A stretch of 64,000 nucleotides of DNA from assembly GCA_965116875.1 (NCBI GenBank), contig OZ220733.1, forward strand, positions 1,184,001-1,248,000, given 5' to 3'. How positions within the stretch are numbered: the first letter of the stretch is position 1; every line of letters begins with the position of its first letter. Under the pieces are notes generated by a model that did no database searches, had not been told where the DNA came from, and worked only from the letters and a program-made list of their open reading frames with translations. The stretch is from Candidatus Latescibacterota bacterium. Its GTDB lineage: Bacteria > Latescibacterota > UBA2968 > GCA-2709665. Both the position numbers and the translations under genes were made by a program. This document shows positions 20,512 through 30,474 of the stretch, piece by piece.

Positions 20512-20991
20512 ATGTCTGATAATGTAAGCCCAAGAACCAGAAGTCGCATGATGTCAGCTATCCGAGGCAAGAACACAAAGGTGGAATTGGAGATTCGTCG
20601 ACGCCTCTTTGAGATGGGTTTTCGATATCGCCTCTACCGAAAGGATCTTCCAGGTACACCGGACCTGGTGTTTCCGAAATATCGCTCCGTGATTTTTGTC
20701 CATGGGTGCTTCTGGCACTACCACGGATGCCACTTATCCGCAATACCTCAGACACGCCGATTATGGTGGATCACGAAACTTCAAGCGAATGCAGATCGTG
20801 ATGCCTTGGCTGTAACTGCGTTGAAGCGACTCCATTGGCGAATCTTGATTGTCTGGGAATGTGGTTTCAGAAGACCCAAGACAGACCGCGCGGGAGCACT
20901 TGATTCAATTGCGACGCTGGCTGCGAAATTCTTGAGATCACAAACGGAATTTTTGGAGATCCCAGGAGCACGATGCGTTCCGACCGAATAG
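20512..20991 (+). CDS. vsr: Very short patch repair endonuclease
   Basis: Motifs RSRMMSAIRGKNTK, LPGTPD, FVHGCFWH, IVWEC. Confidence 0.95.
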   Translation: MSDNVSPRTRSRMMSAIRGKNTKVELEIRRRLFEMGFRYRLYRKDLPGTPDLVFPKYRSVIFVHGCFWHYHGCHLSAIPQTRRLWWITKLQANADRDALAVTALKRLHWRILIVWECGFRRPKTDRAGALDSIATLAAKFLRSQTEFLEIPGARCVPTE

Positions 20992-21119
20992 AAAATTGAA
21001 GTGTGTGTTTCACCAAGCTCAAATGTGCCACCTGACGGCTGCGAACACTCGCAAAAAGTATCAAGGGCGATGGCGAATCACTTGCAGATTGATATGGTAG
21101 GAAGGTTGTGTTTGGAGAA

Positions 21120-22382
21120 ATGAACGAAGCACCACGATTTCTGGATCTTTTCGCCGGTGCCGGTGGGCTGTCCGAAGGATTCATACAGGCTGGATACGTG
21201 CCGGTTGCTCATGTTGACTCAGATCAGGCAGCGTGCTTCACACTTCGTACGCGAATGGCGTACCATTGGCTGAAATCCAACGGTCGTACGGATTTTTACG
21301 GTGATTATCTCAATGGCACGCTAGACCGCAAGGCGTTTTATGCTGAGGTACCATCCGATGTGATCTCATCGGTCATTCATGCTGAAATCGGCGATGCGAC
21401 GCTGCCGGAAATTTTCAGAAGAGTTGATGACTTAGTCGGCGACAGAGGACTCGACGTGATTGTCGGTGGCCCACCCTGTCAGGCATATTCCTTAATTGGC
21501 CGCTCACGTGTTGGAAAGGAGATGAAAAGTGACAAAAGGAATTATCTGTACAGCTACTATGCGGAATTCCTGAGACGATACGCGCCGCGGTTTTTCGTCT
21601 TTGAGAATGTTATCGGCCTTCTTTCGGCCAAGAATGAAGACAACAGTCACTATTTCGACGCAATGAAACGTCTATTTCGTCAGTTCGGCTATGAATCCGA
21701 GTCCAGAACGCTATCTGCCGAAGATTATGGAGTGTTGCAGAGACGACGACGGATAATTCTCGTTGGCCGCAGAGGCAAGGAAACCGGGTTTTACCCGGAA
21801 CCCAACAGGTGGAACCCCGACGCCTGTGTAAAGGAAGTATTCGTGGACTTGCCTGCGCTTTCCGCAGGTGAAGGATCTACGGGGCCGTGTGATATTGACC
21901 AATACTGCGGAAGTTGGCAATTCGACGCTAATGTCAGAAATGAAGCACTTCCCGTTACTTGGCATCAGGCACGACCCCACACGGATCAAGATCTCGAAAT
22001 CTACCGCATCGCGGTTGATCTGTGGGACTCGAAGCAAATCCGCTTGAAGTACAATCTGCTTGAGAATCGTCTCACGACACACAAAAATCAAGGTTCATTT
22101 TTGGATAGATTCAAGGTTGTCGCTTCGAATCTACCTTACTCACAGGCTGTGGTTGCGCATATCGCCAAGGATGGCCACTATTACATTCATCCAGATAGGG
22201 ATCAAAACAGATCGATTACACCACGGGAGGCCGCTCGTTTACAGACATTCCCCGATGATTATTTCTTTGAGAGTAGCAATCGCGTACCTCGCCGAACTCC
22301 TGCATTTCGCCAGATCGGCAATGCAGTACCGGTGCTCTTGGCCCGAAAATTGGCAGAAAAGTTGAAGGAGGTTCTGTCGTGA
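21120..22382 (+). CDS. dcm: DNA (cytosine-5)-methyltransferase
   Basis: Motifs DLFAGAGG, GGPPCQ, FENV, QRRRR, ITPREAARLQTFPD, QIGNAVP. Confidence 0.95.
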   Translation: MNEAPRFLDLFAGAGGLSEGFIQAGYVPVAHVDSDQAACFTLRTRMAYHWLKSNGRTDFYGDYLNGTLDRKAFYAEVPSDVISSVIHAEIGDATLPEIFRRVDDLVGDRGLDVIVGGPPCQAYSLIGRSRVGKEMKSDKRNYLYSYYAEFLRRYAPRFFVFENVIGLLSAKNEDNSHYFDAMKRLFRQFGYESESRTLSAEDYGVLQRRRRIILVGRRGKETGFYPEPNRWNPDACVKEVFVDLPALSAGEGSTGPCDIDQYCGSWQFDANVRNEALPVTWHQARPHTDQDLEIYRIAVDLWDSKQIRLKYNLLENRLTTHKNQGSFLDRFKVVASNLPYSQAVVAHIAKDGHYYIHPDRDQNRSITPREAARLQTFPDDYFFESSNRVPRRTPAFRQIGNAVPVLLARKLAEKLKEVLS

Positions 22383-24529
22383 GTCCAAGCGGAGCATACA
22401 GGATACGACCTGCCGGCAGGCACATCCTTACCATCGGCCGCGACTTGATTCAAGACGCGTACGCGGCCGTCGTGGAACTGGTCAAGAACGCGTACGATGC
22501 CGATTCGAGCAACGTGAATATCGATTTCGCCGCAAATCCGGACAAAGACGGATATACTCTTGTCGTTTGCGACGATGGTCACGGCATGTCCAGAGATGAT
22601 GTAATCAACAAGTGGATGGTACCATCAACCACCGACAAGCTTGACAGGCGCAGAAGTCCTGCCGGAAGGATCATGCAGGGACGCAAAGGTGTGGGACGCT
22701 ATGCAGCTTCCATTCTGGGAACGGACATGCTCCTGGAGACTACAACCGCCACAGGAGAAAAGACAACCGTATATGTCGAGTGGCGGGAATTTGCAGATGC
22801 TCAATACTTGGACGATGTAGAGATCCTGATTGAGACTGCGAAAGTTGCCGAACAGGCAGGTACTCGCCTCACAATGAACGGAGACAAAGCGCTTCTTGAT
22901 GAATGGAACAGTCACCAGTTTCGCAAACTACAATTCGAACTGAAAAAGCTGATTTCGCCCGTGGCGTCCGCTCTCAGCAATGAAAAATTCCGCGTTAATC
23001 TGCAGACAAGAGGCTTTGCTGAAACAGAAGACATCACAGATTCTATCGAACCCTTCCCGCTCTTCGACCTCTTTGACTACAGGATTAGAGGTAAGGTTGG
23101 TGTTGATGGCACGGGAGACTTAGTGTATTCGATACAGAAGGTCCAAAACGCCGTCGACGAAAATATACGAATCGCGCTAGAGAGACCGACAGGATGTGGT
23201 GAGTTGGATTTCGACATCCGGGTGTATGACAGGGAAAAGGACGCGATAGATTCTTTGATCCAGCGCGGTTTGAAGGATGATTCAGGCCACTATGTTGGAA
23301 AACTCGAGACAAGGCGGCTACTGAACTACTACAATGGCATTGGTGTTTATCGAAATGGATTCCGTATACGGCCACTGGGTGATGCGGAATTCGACTGGTT
23401 AAAACTCAATGAGAGAAGAGTGCAGAATCCTTCAATGAGGATAGGCAGCAATCAGGCAATTGGATATGTGCAGATTCAATCCGATGATAAGTCCGGACTC
23501 ATCGAAAAGAGTGCAAGGGATGGACTAAGGGAAAACAGCGCCTTTGATCGACTTAAGGAAATAACCCGAGAAATAATTACAAACCTCGAAGTGCGACGTT
23601 TCGATTACAGACGAAGGGCTGGTCTGGGCAAACCGGCCCTAAAAGTCGAACGAGAGTTGGAGAGTCTTTTTTCGTACGATGATTTGAGACAGGAATTAGA
23701 GACACAACTCACCAAGGCGAACGTCGGCAAGACAACCACGAACGAAATCATCGCGGCAGTCAATCGCGAAGAGGAAGATAAGAACCGGATCGCAGATGAA
23801 ATCAAACAGGCGGTTGCCATCTATCAGGGCCAAGCGACCCTGGGAAAAATCATAAACGTGATTCTTCATGAAGGCAGAAGACCACTCAGTTACTTCCGAA
23901 ACGAAATATCAAACCTCAGATTCTGGTACGAATCGCTTACGGAAACCAATGACCTGCGGAAACTTGAGAAAATTATGCCAATTGTGGATGGTGTAGCAGA
24001 CAATGCAGAAATCTTCGTAAAGCTCTTCAACAGACTTGATCCCCTAGCAGCAGGAAAACGATCCAAGAAAGAACCACTGCAACTGACGGTCACGATACGG
24101 AAGATACTTGAAGTATTCGGAGAAGAAATGAAGACGCACAATGTGAATTCTCAAGTTACAGGTTCTGACGGCTTTGAATTCTCCTGCTGGGCTCAGGACA
24201 TTTATTCGATTTTCACGAATCTCGTCGATAACAGCCTTTACTGGATGATTGAAAAACCCACACGGAACCGTAGAATTATGATCGAGGTCGCCACAGATGG
24301 CGATGAACTTAGCCATATCGATTACCACGACACCGGTCCGGGGATTGACCGGAGTCTAATTGAAAGCGAAGTAATCTTCGAACCTGAGTTTTCAACTAAG
24401 CCAGACGGCACGGGTCTGGGCCTAGCGATTGCGGGTGAATCGGCCACCAGAAACAATCTGGAACTCCGTGCTTTCGAATCGGAAAACGGAGCTTGGTTCA
24501 GGCTGCAACCACGAACGGAGAGTGCATAA
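22379..24529 (+). CDS. GHKL (MutL/MORC-like) ATPase fused to a C-terminal histidine kinase
   Basis: N-terminal ELVKNAYDA, DDGHGM, GRKGVGR; C-terminal H-box ILHEGRRPL, NLVDNS, DTGPGI, FSTK, GTGLGL; no transmembrane segment. Confidence 0.88.
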   Translation: MSPSGAYRIRPAGRHILTIGRDLIQDAYAAVVELVKNAYDADSSNVNIDFAANPDKDGYTLVVCDDGHGMSRDDVINKWMVPSTTDKLDRRRSPAGRIMQGRKGVGRYAASILGTDMLLETTTATGEKTTVYVEWREFADAQYLDDVEILIETAKVAEQAGTRLTMNGDKALLDEWNSHQFRKLQFELKKLISPVASALSNEKFRVNLQTRGFAETEDITDSIEPFPLFDLFDYRIRGKVGVDGTGDLVYSIQKVQNAVDENIRIALERPTGCGELDFDIRVYDREKDAIDSLIQRGLKDDSGHYVGKLETRRLLNYYNGIGVYRNGFRIRPLGDAEFDWLKLNERRVQNPSMRIGSNQAIGYVQIQSDDKSGLIEKSARDGLRENSAFDRLKEITREIITNLEVRRFDYRRRAGLGKPALKVERELESLFSYDDLRQELETQLTKANVGKTTTNEIIAAVNREEEDKNRIADEIKQAVAIYQGQATLGKIINVILHEGRRPLSYFRNEISNLRFWYESLTETNDLRKLEKIMPIVDGVADNAEIFVKLFNRLDPLAAGKRSKKEPLQLTVTIRKILEVFGEEMKTHNVNSQVTGSDGFEFSCWAQDIYSIFTNLVDNSLYWMIEKPTRNRRIMIEVATDGDELSHIDYHDTGPGIDRSLIESEVIFEPEFSTKPDGTGLGLAIAGESATRNNLELRAFESENGAWFRLQPRTESA

Positions 24530-25602
24530 TGAGCCAATTTAGGCTGCTTTTGGTTGAAGATGAAGAGCAGGAAATCCAAATATGCGAGAATTCTATTGCA
24601 AGGTATTTCGACCAAAAAGGAAGAAAAATCGAAATGGATGTATGTCGAAGTGTTGAAGAAGCTCTAAAGACACTGGATAGCACATTTGATGGTGCAATCA
24701 TCGACCTAAAACTGGCAGATCAAGGTGACGAAGGAAGCCAGGTAGTTGAAGAGATCGAGGAGTCTTTCTTTCGCATTCCGGTCGCGATATTGACAGGAAC
24801 ACCTGATAACGCGAGTGACGACTTTAAATACATCGGAGTCTTCACAAAAGGGGAAATTGAATACATAGATTTATTCGATCGTTTCTGGGGAATCTACATT
24901 ACAGGAATGACACGAATCGTAGGTGGCCGCGGTCTTATCGAAGAGACGTTGAGTAGAGTGTTTCGCGAAAACCTTCTACCTAAGACGAAACAATGGGAAG
25001 CCTATGGAGAGCAGGATTCTACCAGGACCGAGAAGGCCCTTCTTCGTCATACACTTAACCATCTGTCTCAGCTTATTGAAGAAGACGAGGATAGCTGTTT
25101 TCCCGAAGAAGTGTATTTAGCACCTCCTCTTTCCGACGATATTTCAACTGGGAGTATACTTAAAGATCTAGAAGATGAAGCGTGGTTCGTCGTCATGAAC
25201 CCCACTTGCGATCTTGTCGTACGGGAAGATGGCGAGCGCAATACGGACTGGATTCTCCTCGCCGCAGTTGATCCTGCAAACGAGTTATTTCCATGGTTTG
25301 ACGATGCAAATCTGAGCAAGGCAAAGCGGGGAGAGTTGAAAAGCGCGTTTACCAACAAGAAGGCACCTTATTATCACTGGCTTCCCAAAACCGATTTCTT
25401 TAGCGGTGGATTTTTAAATTTCAGGAAAGTCTCGACGATGCCAGAAAAGTCGTTATCTGAGAGATTCGCCTTACCTCCTGGAATTCAGATATCGCCATCT
25501 TTCACAAAGGATGTAATAGCACGGTTTTCCTCATACTACGCCCGTCAGGGTCAACCAGCCATAGACTACAGCAAGTTTCTTGCATCAGGTGCCGAAGTTT
25601 AA
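24529..25602 (+). CDS. Response-regulator receiver domain fused to an uncharacterised C-terminal domain
   Basis: LLLVEDE, IIDL (phospho-acceptor), ILTG, FTKG; C-terminal NPTCDL...RFSSYYARQGQP; TAATG overlap with the kinase gene. Confidence 0.82.
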   Translation: MSQFRLLLVEDEEQEIQICENSIARYFDQKGRKIEMDVCRSVEEALKTLDSTFDGAIIDLKLADQGDEGSQVVEEIEESFFRIPVAILTGTPDNASDDFKYIGVFTKGEIEYIDLFDRFWGIYITGMTRIVGGRGLIEETLSRVFRENLLPKTKQWEAYGEQDSTRTEKALLRHTLNHLSQLIEEDEDSCFPEEVYLAPPLSDDISTGSILKDLEDEAWFVVMNPTCDLVVREDGERNTDWILLAAVDPANELFPWFDDANLSKAKRGELKSAFTNKKAPYYHWLPKTDFFSGGFLNFRKVSTMPEKSLSERFALPPGIQISPSFTKDVIARFSSYYARQGQPAIDYSKFLASGAEV

Positions 25603-25667
25603 ACCTAGCGTTGCCACATATTCAGCGCAACGCAGAACTGGTTCCTAGCTGAAAAACGGGGCGTACG

Positions 25668-27044
25668 ATGAAGTGCGATTCCAATTGTTATCCCTTAACC
25701 AGTACCTCAGGCATCTCTTGGATTGGCAACGTTCCGCGTCATTGGAAGTTAGTTAGGTTCCGAACCATACTTTCTGAAAAAACGGAACGAAATAGGTCCG
25801 ATTTACCTCTCTTGTCCGTGGTACGTGAGAAGGGAGTAATTCTGAGGGATGTAGATAATTGGGACGAGAACCCAAATTTCATTCCTGACGACCTGTCCAA
25901 TTACAAGGTCGTGGGCAAGGGTCAATTTGCCATGAACAAGATGAAAGCTTGGCAAGGCTCTTATGGCGTTTCACAGTACGAAGGCATAGTAAGTCCGGCG
26001 TACTTTGTCTTTGACGTAAATGAGGTAATGGCTGACTATTTTCACGTTGCCGTCCGCTCAAAGGCGTTCGTTCCTTTTTTTCGTCAAGCATCAGACGGCG
26101 TTCGAATTGGGCAATGGGATTTGTCACAGACACGAATGCGGGAGATTCCTTTTTGGGTCCCACCTCTCCCTGAACAAGCCGCAATCGTCCGCTATCTTGA
26201 CCAAATTGGTGACTGTATCAACCGGTATGTTAACGCGAAGAAGAGGCTTATTCGGTTGCTTGCGGAAAAAAAGCAAGCCGTCATTGATCACGCCGTCACA
26301 CGTGGCCTTGACCGTGACGTCCCATCAAAGCCTTCGGGGGTAGAGTCGATCGGCGGTGTCCCTCGGCATTGGGGATTTAAAAGGCTTGGGCACATTGCTA
26401 CGAAGTTTGGTAGTGGGATTACTCCTCGAGGCGGATCAACAGTTTATAGGGAGTGTGGCGTTCCCTTCTTGAGGAGTCAAAACATCCATTTCGACGGCCT
26501 CCGAATACGGGACGTTGCTCGAATTGCACCAAGTCTCCACCGGGAACTTTCTGGTACCCACGTAAAGCCTGGTGACGTTCTACTGAATATAACAGGCGCA
26601 TCAATCGGGCGCGTGTGCTCGGTTCCTGACGACTTCGCCGAAGCCAATGTCAACCAGCACGTATGCATAATTCGCCCTGCCCAAGACCACATACACCCTA
26701 CACTGCTTGCAGCTTTTTTGTCCACTACAATGATGCAGCGAGAGATCCAATTTGAACAGAGCGGGGCATCCCGAGAGGGCCTAACCATACAATCGATTCG
26801 CAACTTCCGAGTAATCGTGCCGCCGCTCTCGGAACAGTCCTGTATAGTTCGCTATCTCGACAAGACAACTGCCAGAATTGAAGCTACTATCGGCCGCACG
26901 CGCCGCCAAATAGAGTTAATAGAGAAATACCGTATACGGCTGATCGCAGATGTGGTCACTGGCAAATTGGATGTACGCGAAGCGGCAGTAAATCTGTCAG
27001 ATGAAGTGGGGGACTTGGGAAGCGCCGGATGTAGCGAAAACTAA
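25668..27044 (+). CDS. hsdS: Type I R-M specificity subunit
   Basis: Two TRDs with conserved repeats (W/S)IGxVPRHW and PPLxEQxxIVRYLD; C-terminal LIADVVTGKLDVR. Confidence 0.94.
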   Translation: MKCDSNCYPLTSTSGISWIGNVPRHWKLVRFRTILSEKTERNRSDLPLLSVVREKGVILRDVDNWDENPNFIPDDLSNYKVVGKGQFAMNKMKAWQGSYGVSQYEGIVSPAYFVFDVNEVMADYFHVAVRSKAFVPFFRQASDGVRIGQWDLSQTRMREIPFWVPPLPEQAAIVRYLDQIGDCINRYVNAKKRLIRLLAEKKQAVIDHAVTRGLDRDVPSKPSGVESIGGVPRHWGFKRLGHIATKFGSGITPRGGSTVYRECGVPFLRSQNIHFDGLRIRDVARIAPSLHRELSGTHVKPGDVLLNITGASIGRVCSVPDDFAEANVNQHVCIIRPAQDHIHPTLLAAFLSTTMMQREIQFEQSGASREGLTIQSIRNFRVIVPPLSEQSCIVRYLDKTTARIEATIGRTRRQIELIEKYRIRLIADVVTGKLDVREAAVNLSDEVGDLGSAGCSEN

Positions 27045-27123
27045 GAGCGCGTCCAGTTCATAGGCGAGCATTCCTTCGTGCCCGCGACGTCGTGCGGGAA
27101 CAAACAAACTAAAGATTGACATC

Positions 27124-30100
27124 ATGGATGCCCGTTTGAAGCGAATCCCACCGCCTAACGCGTGGGAAGTTTTCGAAGACCTCTGTCATCAGCTATTCAT
27201 GGCTGTTTGGTGCGACCCATATGCACAGAAGGTGGGAAGACGAGGCCAAGCGCAGCAAGGAGTGGATATCTTCGGGTCGCCTAACGGTAACTATGAGAAT
27301 TATCAGGGCGTGCAGTGTAGATTGAAAGGGGACTCTTACGGCAATAAACCGAGTATCGATGAACTTCAGTGTGAAATTTCCAAGGCCGAAGGTTTTGAGC
27401 CAGCATTGCATCACTGGATATTCGCAACTACTGCTCCGGTTGACGCCACTCTACAAAAGCAAGCACGAAAAATCTCCGCAATTCGAAAAGAGAAAGGGCA
27501 CTTCACTGTCAGCGTACTTGGATGGAGTGCAATTACGTTTCTACTCTGTCAGCACAAACAGGTATTATCGGAGTTTTATCCTGAACATGGAATAGATGTC
27601 TCGCAGCTCCTCGATCATTTAAGAACAATGCCTGATGGTTCGGAAGTCCGTGAACTGCTAGAAGCAGTAAAGCAGATGGGAAAAATTGACCATTCCGCAA
27701 TCCAAACTCATTCTACTTGGCGACCGGTGGTCTTTGGTGCTGGCCGAGGCCTCGGACCTGCATTGATGGGTCGTTCACTTGGGCCGCAAGACGCTCCGTC
27801 CTGCCCGAAATTCCAGGAAGTGAATGTGGCAATCACTGAACTCAAGCGGGCCTATACAGCGCGCATTGTCGGCGAACCAGGTGCAGGAAAATCAATTTGT
27901 GCGTACCAGACAGCGCTTCACTTCGCCAAGAACGGTTGGCTAGTATTTCGGCTAGCCGACCCTTGTGTCGAGACTATCGAATTGGAGGCTGCTGACGATG
28001 ACCGACGTGCAATCTACATCGTCGACGATGCTCATCTCACCAGCAACCTTGTCCTAAAGATCGCGGAAGACGCCGCTGGCCCGCACCGGTTGCTGCTGTC
28101 CACCCATAACACCGTGAAGCACGATACATCATCCCGTGGCGCGATAATTATTGATGCAGAACATGCCGTTCGTACCATTGCTACCGCGCTCCGCAATGAA
28201 CCAGAACTCACGCTGAAGGTCGTGCGCCGCATAGACAACACAGTTGGTAATTTACCCACCGATGCCTCCCTTGAGGATCGTATTCACCAAGCTGAAAAGA
28301 ACGCTAAATACCCGTGGCAATTTTGTTTCATTGTTGGCGGTGGCTGGCGTCGATCCAAAGTAGCCGTAACCGCCGCACGATCAGCCAATGCTGATATTGC
28401 ATTGGCCGGCATCGCTACTCGCCAACTAGCCTCTCGAGACGAGCGCCCGAGCCTTAATGAGCTAATTTCACTGTTAGATGTCGCCGGGTTAGAGACTTCG
28501 GAAGTAAAACATTCCATTCGGTGGCTAATCAATAATCGTTTTGTCATCGGACCGCACGACCTGCGGTGTCCTCACCAGCGGTTTGCATCAGTGGCACTCA
28601 AAGAAATTCTTGAAGGACAGGACAATGACGAACTTGAGCGCACTGGACGGTTGTTGAAACATGTAGTTTCCGACGGCGGATATCCTATAGCGGGTCTGTG
28701 GATTCTCCTGCAGGAACTCCGCATTGGTGGTGATTTTTGGCAAGGGCGATATTTGATTGACGAAGCATCATTGAAGCCACTCATGGATAGGTCCTGGCAA
28801 ACGTCTCCTCCGGAGGATCGGACGTTTGCCAGCCTCGTCTTAAGTGAAATTGACTTCTATGTGAAGGGTTGGCCACAAACACAATTCCGGGGCCGTGAAC
28901 ACATTCTCGGTCGTTGGATCTCTGACCCTGCAGAGCCAACCGGCTACGGACTCGCGCGCCTTATTCATGCGATCCACAACAAGGATAGTGAATTCGCTCG
29001 TTCGTTGATAGACGCGTCCAATCCAATTGAGGTGGCCGCATCTATCTCTGCAGTCACGCCGAAAACGGCCTACAACTTAGGTGAAATCCTTGGCGCACTT
29101 CGCACTGATTCGGGTACTTTGTGGTGTCGGACCTTTTTGGACGACTTGGATCGGTCGAAGCTTATAGCATTTGCAGCCGATTGGCCTCAATCAGAATCCC
29201 CATCGGGATTTACGAACTTTTGCCACTCAATGGTCTACGTTGATGAGTCATTAGCGCTCGATATGATGGGTCAATTCATGCCGGCCGCACAAAAGCTCTT
29301 GGCGAAAAATCCCGTAACAGCGTTCGGTGAACTTCGCGATCTAGTACTTTATGTACTTCGCATGCTGGACCTATTCGGCACATATGTGGGCCGAATGGCA
29401 CCAGGACCCCGACAGCGCGCATTGGCGCGTGAAATGATGCGAGGCGTTACACCTTCACGGCTTGCCGAACAACTTTCAGCCAGCCAGCTGCGCGAATTCC
29501 AAAACTCTGGATTTCTCCTCGCATTCATGGCGAGTGCTGTGCCTGCGAAGTTCCGCGCTACTGTGGCTGCGATGGATTGGGCACGCATCGCAGAGACGAT
29601 CGGTGATCACTGGAAAGATCTTCCGCACGAACCAGAAGTCCTGTTTGGAATCGCCTATCACGCAAAAAGATGCCGCGAGAAAATCGCACAAGTGATTGAT
29701 GACAATCTTCATCGGATTGAAGCGTTTCCGCCTAGGTTGGTGTTGGTTGCACCAAATGCGGCCTACAAGCATGCCGAGCGCGGTGGTTTAATCAGGTTAG
29801 CGCAATACGACCATGTGGACTGGCGGTTTGGTGTTCCCGCTCTAATGTGCTTTTTCGAGAACCGTCCAAACCTCCTTTACACGATATTGAAGCCTTCTGA
29901 GATTACAACTGGACGAGTTTTCTCTAAGGCTCACCCAAGTTGGTACGATGAAGCGGGCGACTATGTCCAACTCCTAGGAGAGATTGCACCACTGAGTCTT
30001 CAACGAATCCTTGATAGTGTCGATGTTCGAGACGCAGAAAAGGGTTGGACTGAATCGCTACGTTCTTCGGCTGGACCGCGAAAGACAGTGGCTTTGCTTA

Positions 30101-30195
30101 TTGAGTCGAGCCTCGAAAGGCAGGATGAACTTGGGGCGTTGGCGAATCAGTTGCGTAAACGGTATCCAAAATCGTCTGTCCCACGTCATCCTTAG
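27124..30195 (+). CDS. PD-(D/E)xK nuclease-like N-terminus plus STAND-type P-loop NTPase with long helical C-terminus (Avs/NLR-like)
   Basis: FEDLC...GRRGQAQQGVDI...VQC; Walker A GEPGAGKS; Walker B IYIVDDAH. Confidence 0.7.
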   Translation: MDARLKRIPPPNAWEVFEDLCHQLFMAVWCDPYAQKVGRRGQAQQGVDIFGSPNGNYENYQGVQCRLKGDSYGNKPSIDELQCEISKAEGFEPALHHWIFATTAPVDATLQKQARKISAIRKEKGHFTVSVLGWSAITFLLCQHKQVLSEFYPEHGIDVSQLLDHLRTMPDGSEVRELLEAVKQMGKIDHSAIQTHSTWRPVVFGAGRGLGPALMGRSLGPQDAPSCPKFQEVNVAITELKRAYTARIVGEPGAGKSICAYQTALHFAKNGWLVFRLADPCVETIELEAADDDRRAIYIVDDAHLTSNLVLKIAEDAAGPHRLLLSTHNTVKHDTSSRGAIIIDAEHAVRTIATALRNEPELTLKVVRRIDNTVGNLPTDASLEDRIHQAEKNAKYPWQFCFIVGGGWRRSKVAVTAARSANADIALAGIATRQLASRDERPSLNELISLLDVAGLETSEVKHSIRWLINNRFVIGPHDLRCPHQRFASVALKEILEGQDNDELERTGRLLKHVVSDGGYPIAGLWILLQELRIGGDFWQGRYLIDEASLKPLMDRSWQTSPPEDRTFASLVLSEIDFYVKGWPQTQFRGREHILGRWISDPAEPTGYGLARLIHAIHNKDSEFARSLIDASNPIEVAASISAVTPKTAYNLGEILGALRTDSGTLWCRTFLDDLDRSKLIAFAADWPQSESPSGFTNFCHSMVYVDESLALDMMGQFMPAAQKLLAKNPVTAFGELRDLVLYVLRMLDLFGTYVGRMAPGPRQRALAREMMRGVTPSRLAEQLSASQLREFQNSGFLLAFMASAVPAKFRATVAAMDWARIAETIGDHWKDLPHEPEVLFGIAYHAKRCREKIAQVIDDNLHRIEAFPPRLVLVAPNAAYKHAERGGLIRLAQYDHVDWRFGVPALMCFFENRPNLLYTILKPSEITTGRVFSKAHPSWYDEAGDYVQLLGEIAPLSLQRILDSVDVRDAEKGWTESLRSSAGPRKTVALLIESSLERQDELGALANQLRKRYPKSSVPRHP

Positions 30196-30312
30196 GATCT
30201 TACATGCACGAGAATACAACTTGAGTGGCACAGTCTCCGTGACGCAATACAGATCGACAAATTCTTTATTTATAGTAATATACCTTGATTGACGGGTACT
30301 TGACTGAGACCG

Positions 30313-30474
30313 CTCCATAGATAGGTGTCACAGGTAGCATTACTCCTTTCGCAAGTGATCGGCTTCTTGGACGTGATCAATCATCCGTTGGGTAGCGACG
30401 TTTCTGATTCACTTTCAATCAACGCCCGCATGCTTGTATTTGAGAAGACGGCCAATCAGGAATTGTGCCATTAG
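30313..30474 (+). pseudogene. Possible heavily decayed tyrosine-recombinase C-terminus
   Basis: With two frameshifts it reads LH-DRCH-VALLLSQVIGFLDVINHPLGSDVSDSLSINARM, resembling box II (HDLRH..A.LL..G..L.VI...LGH.D...T.IYA). Confidence 0.3.

Noticed and set aside
22379-25602. Ordinary environmental two-component system
   Set aside because: No membrane or PAS/GAF sensor, an extra GHKL ATPase, no DNA-binding output, and coupling to a methylase.
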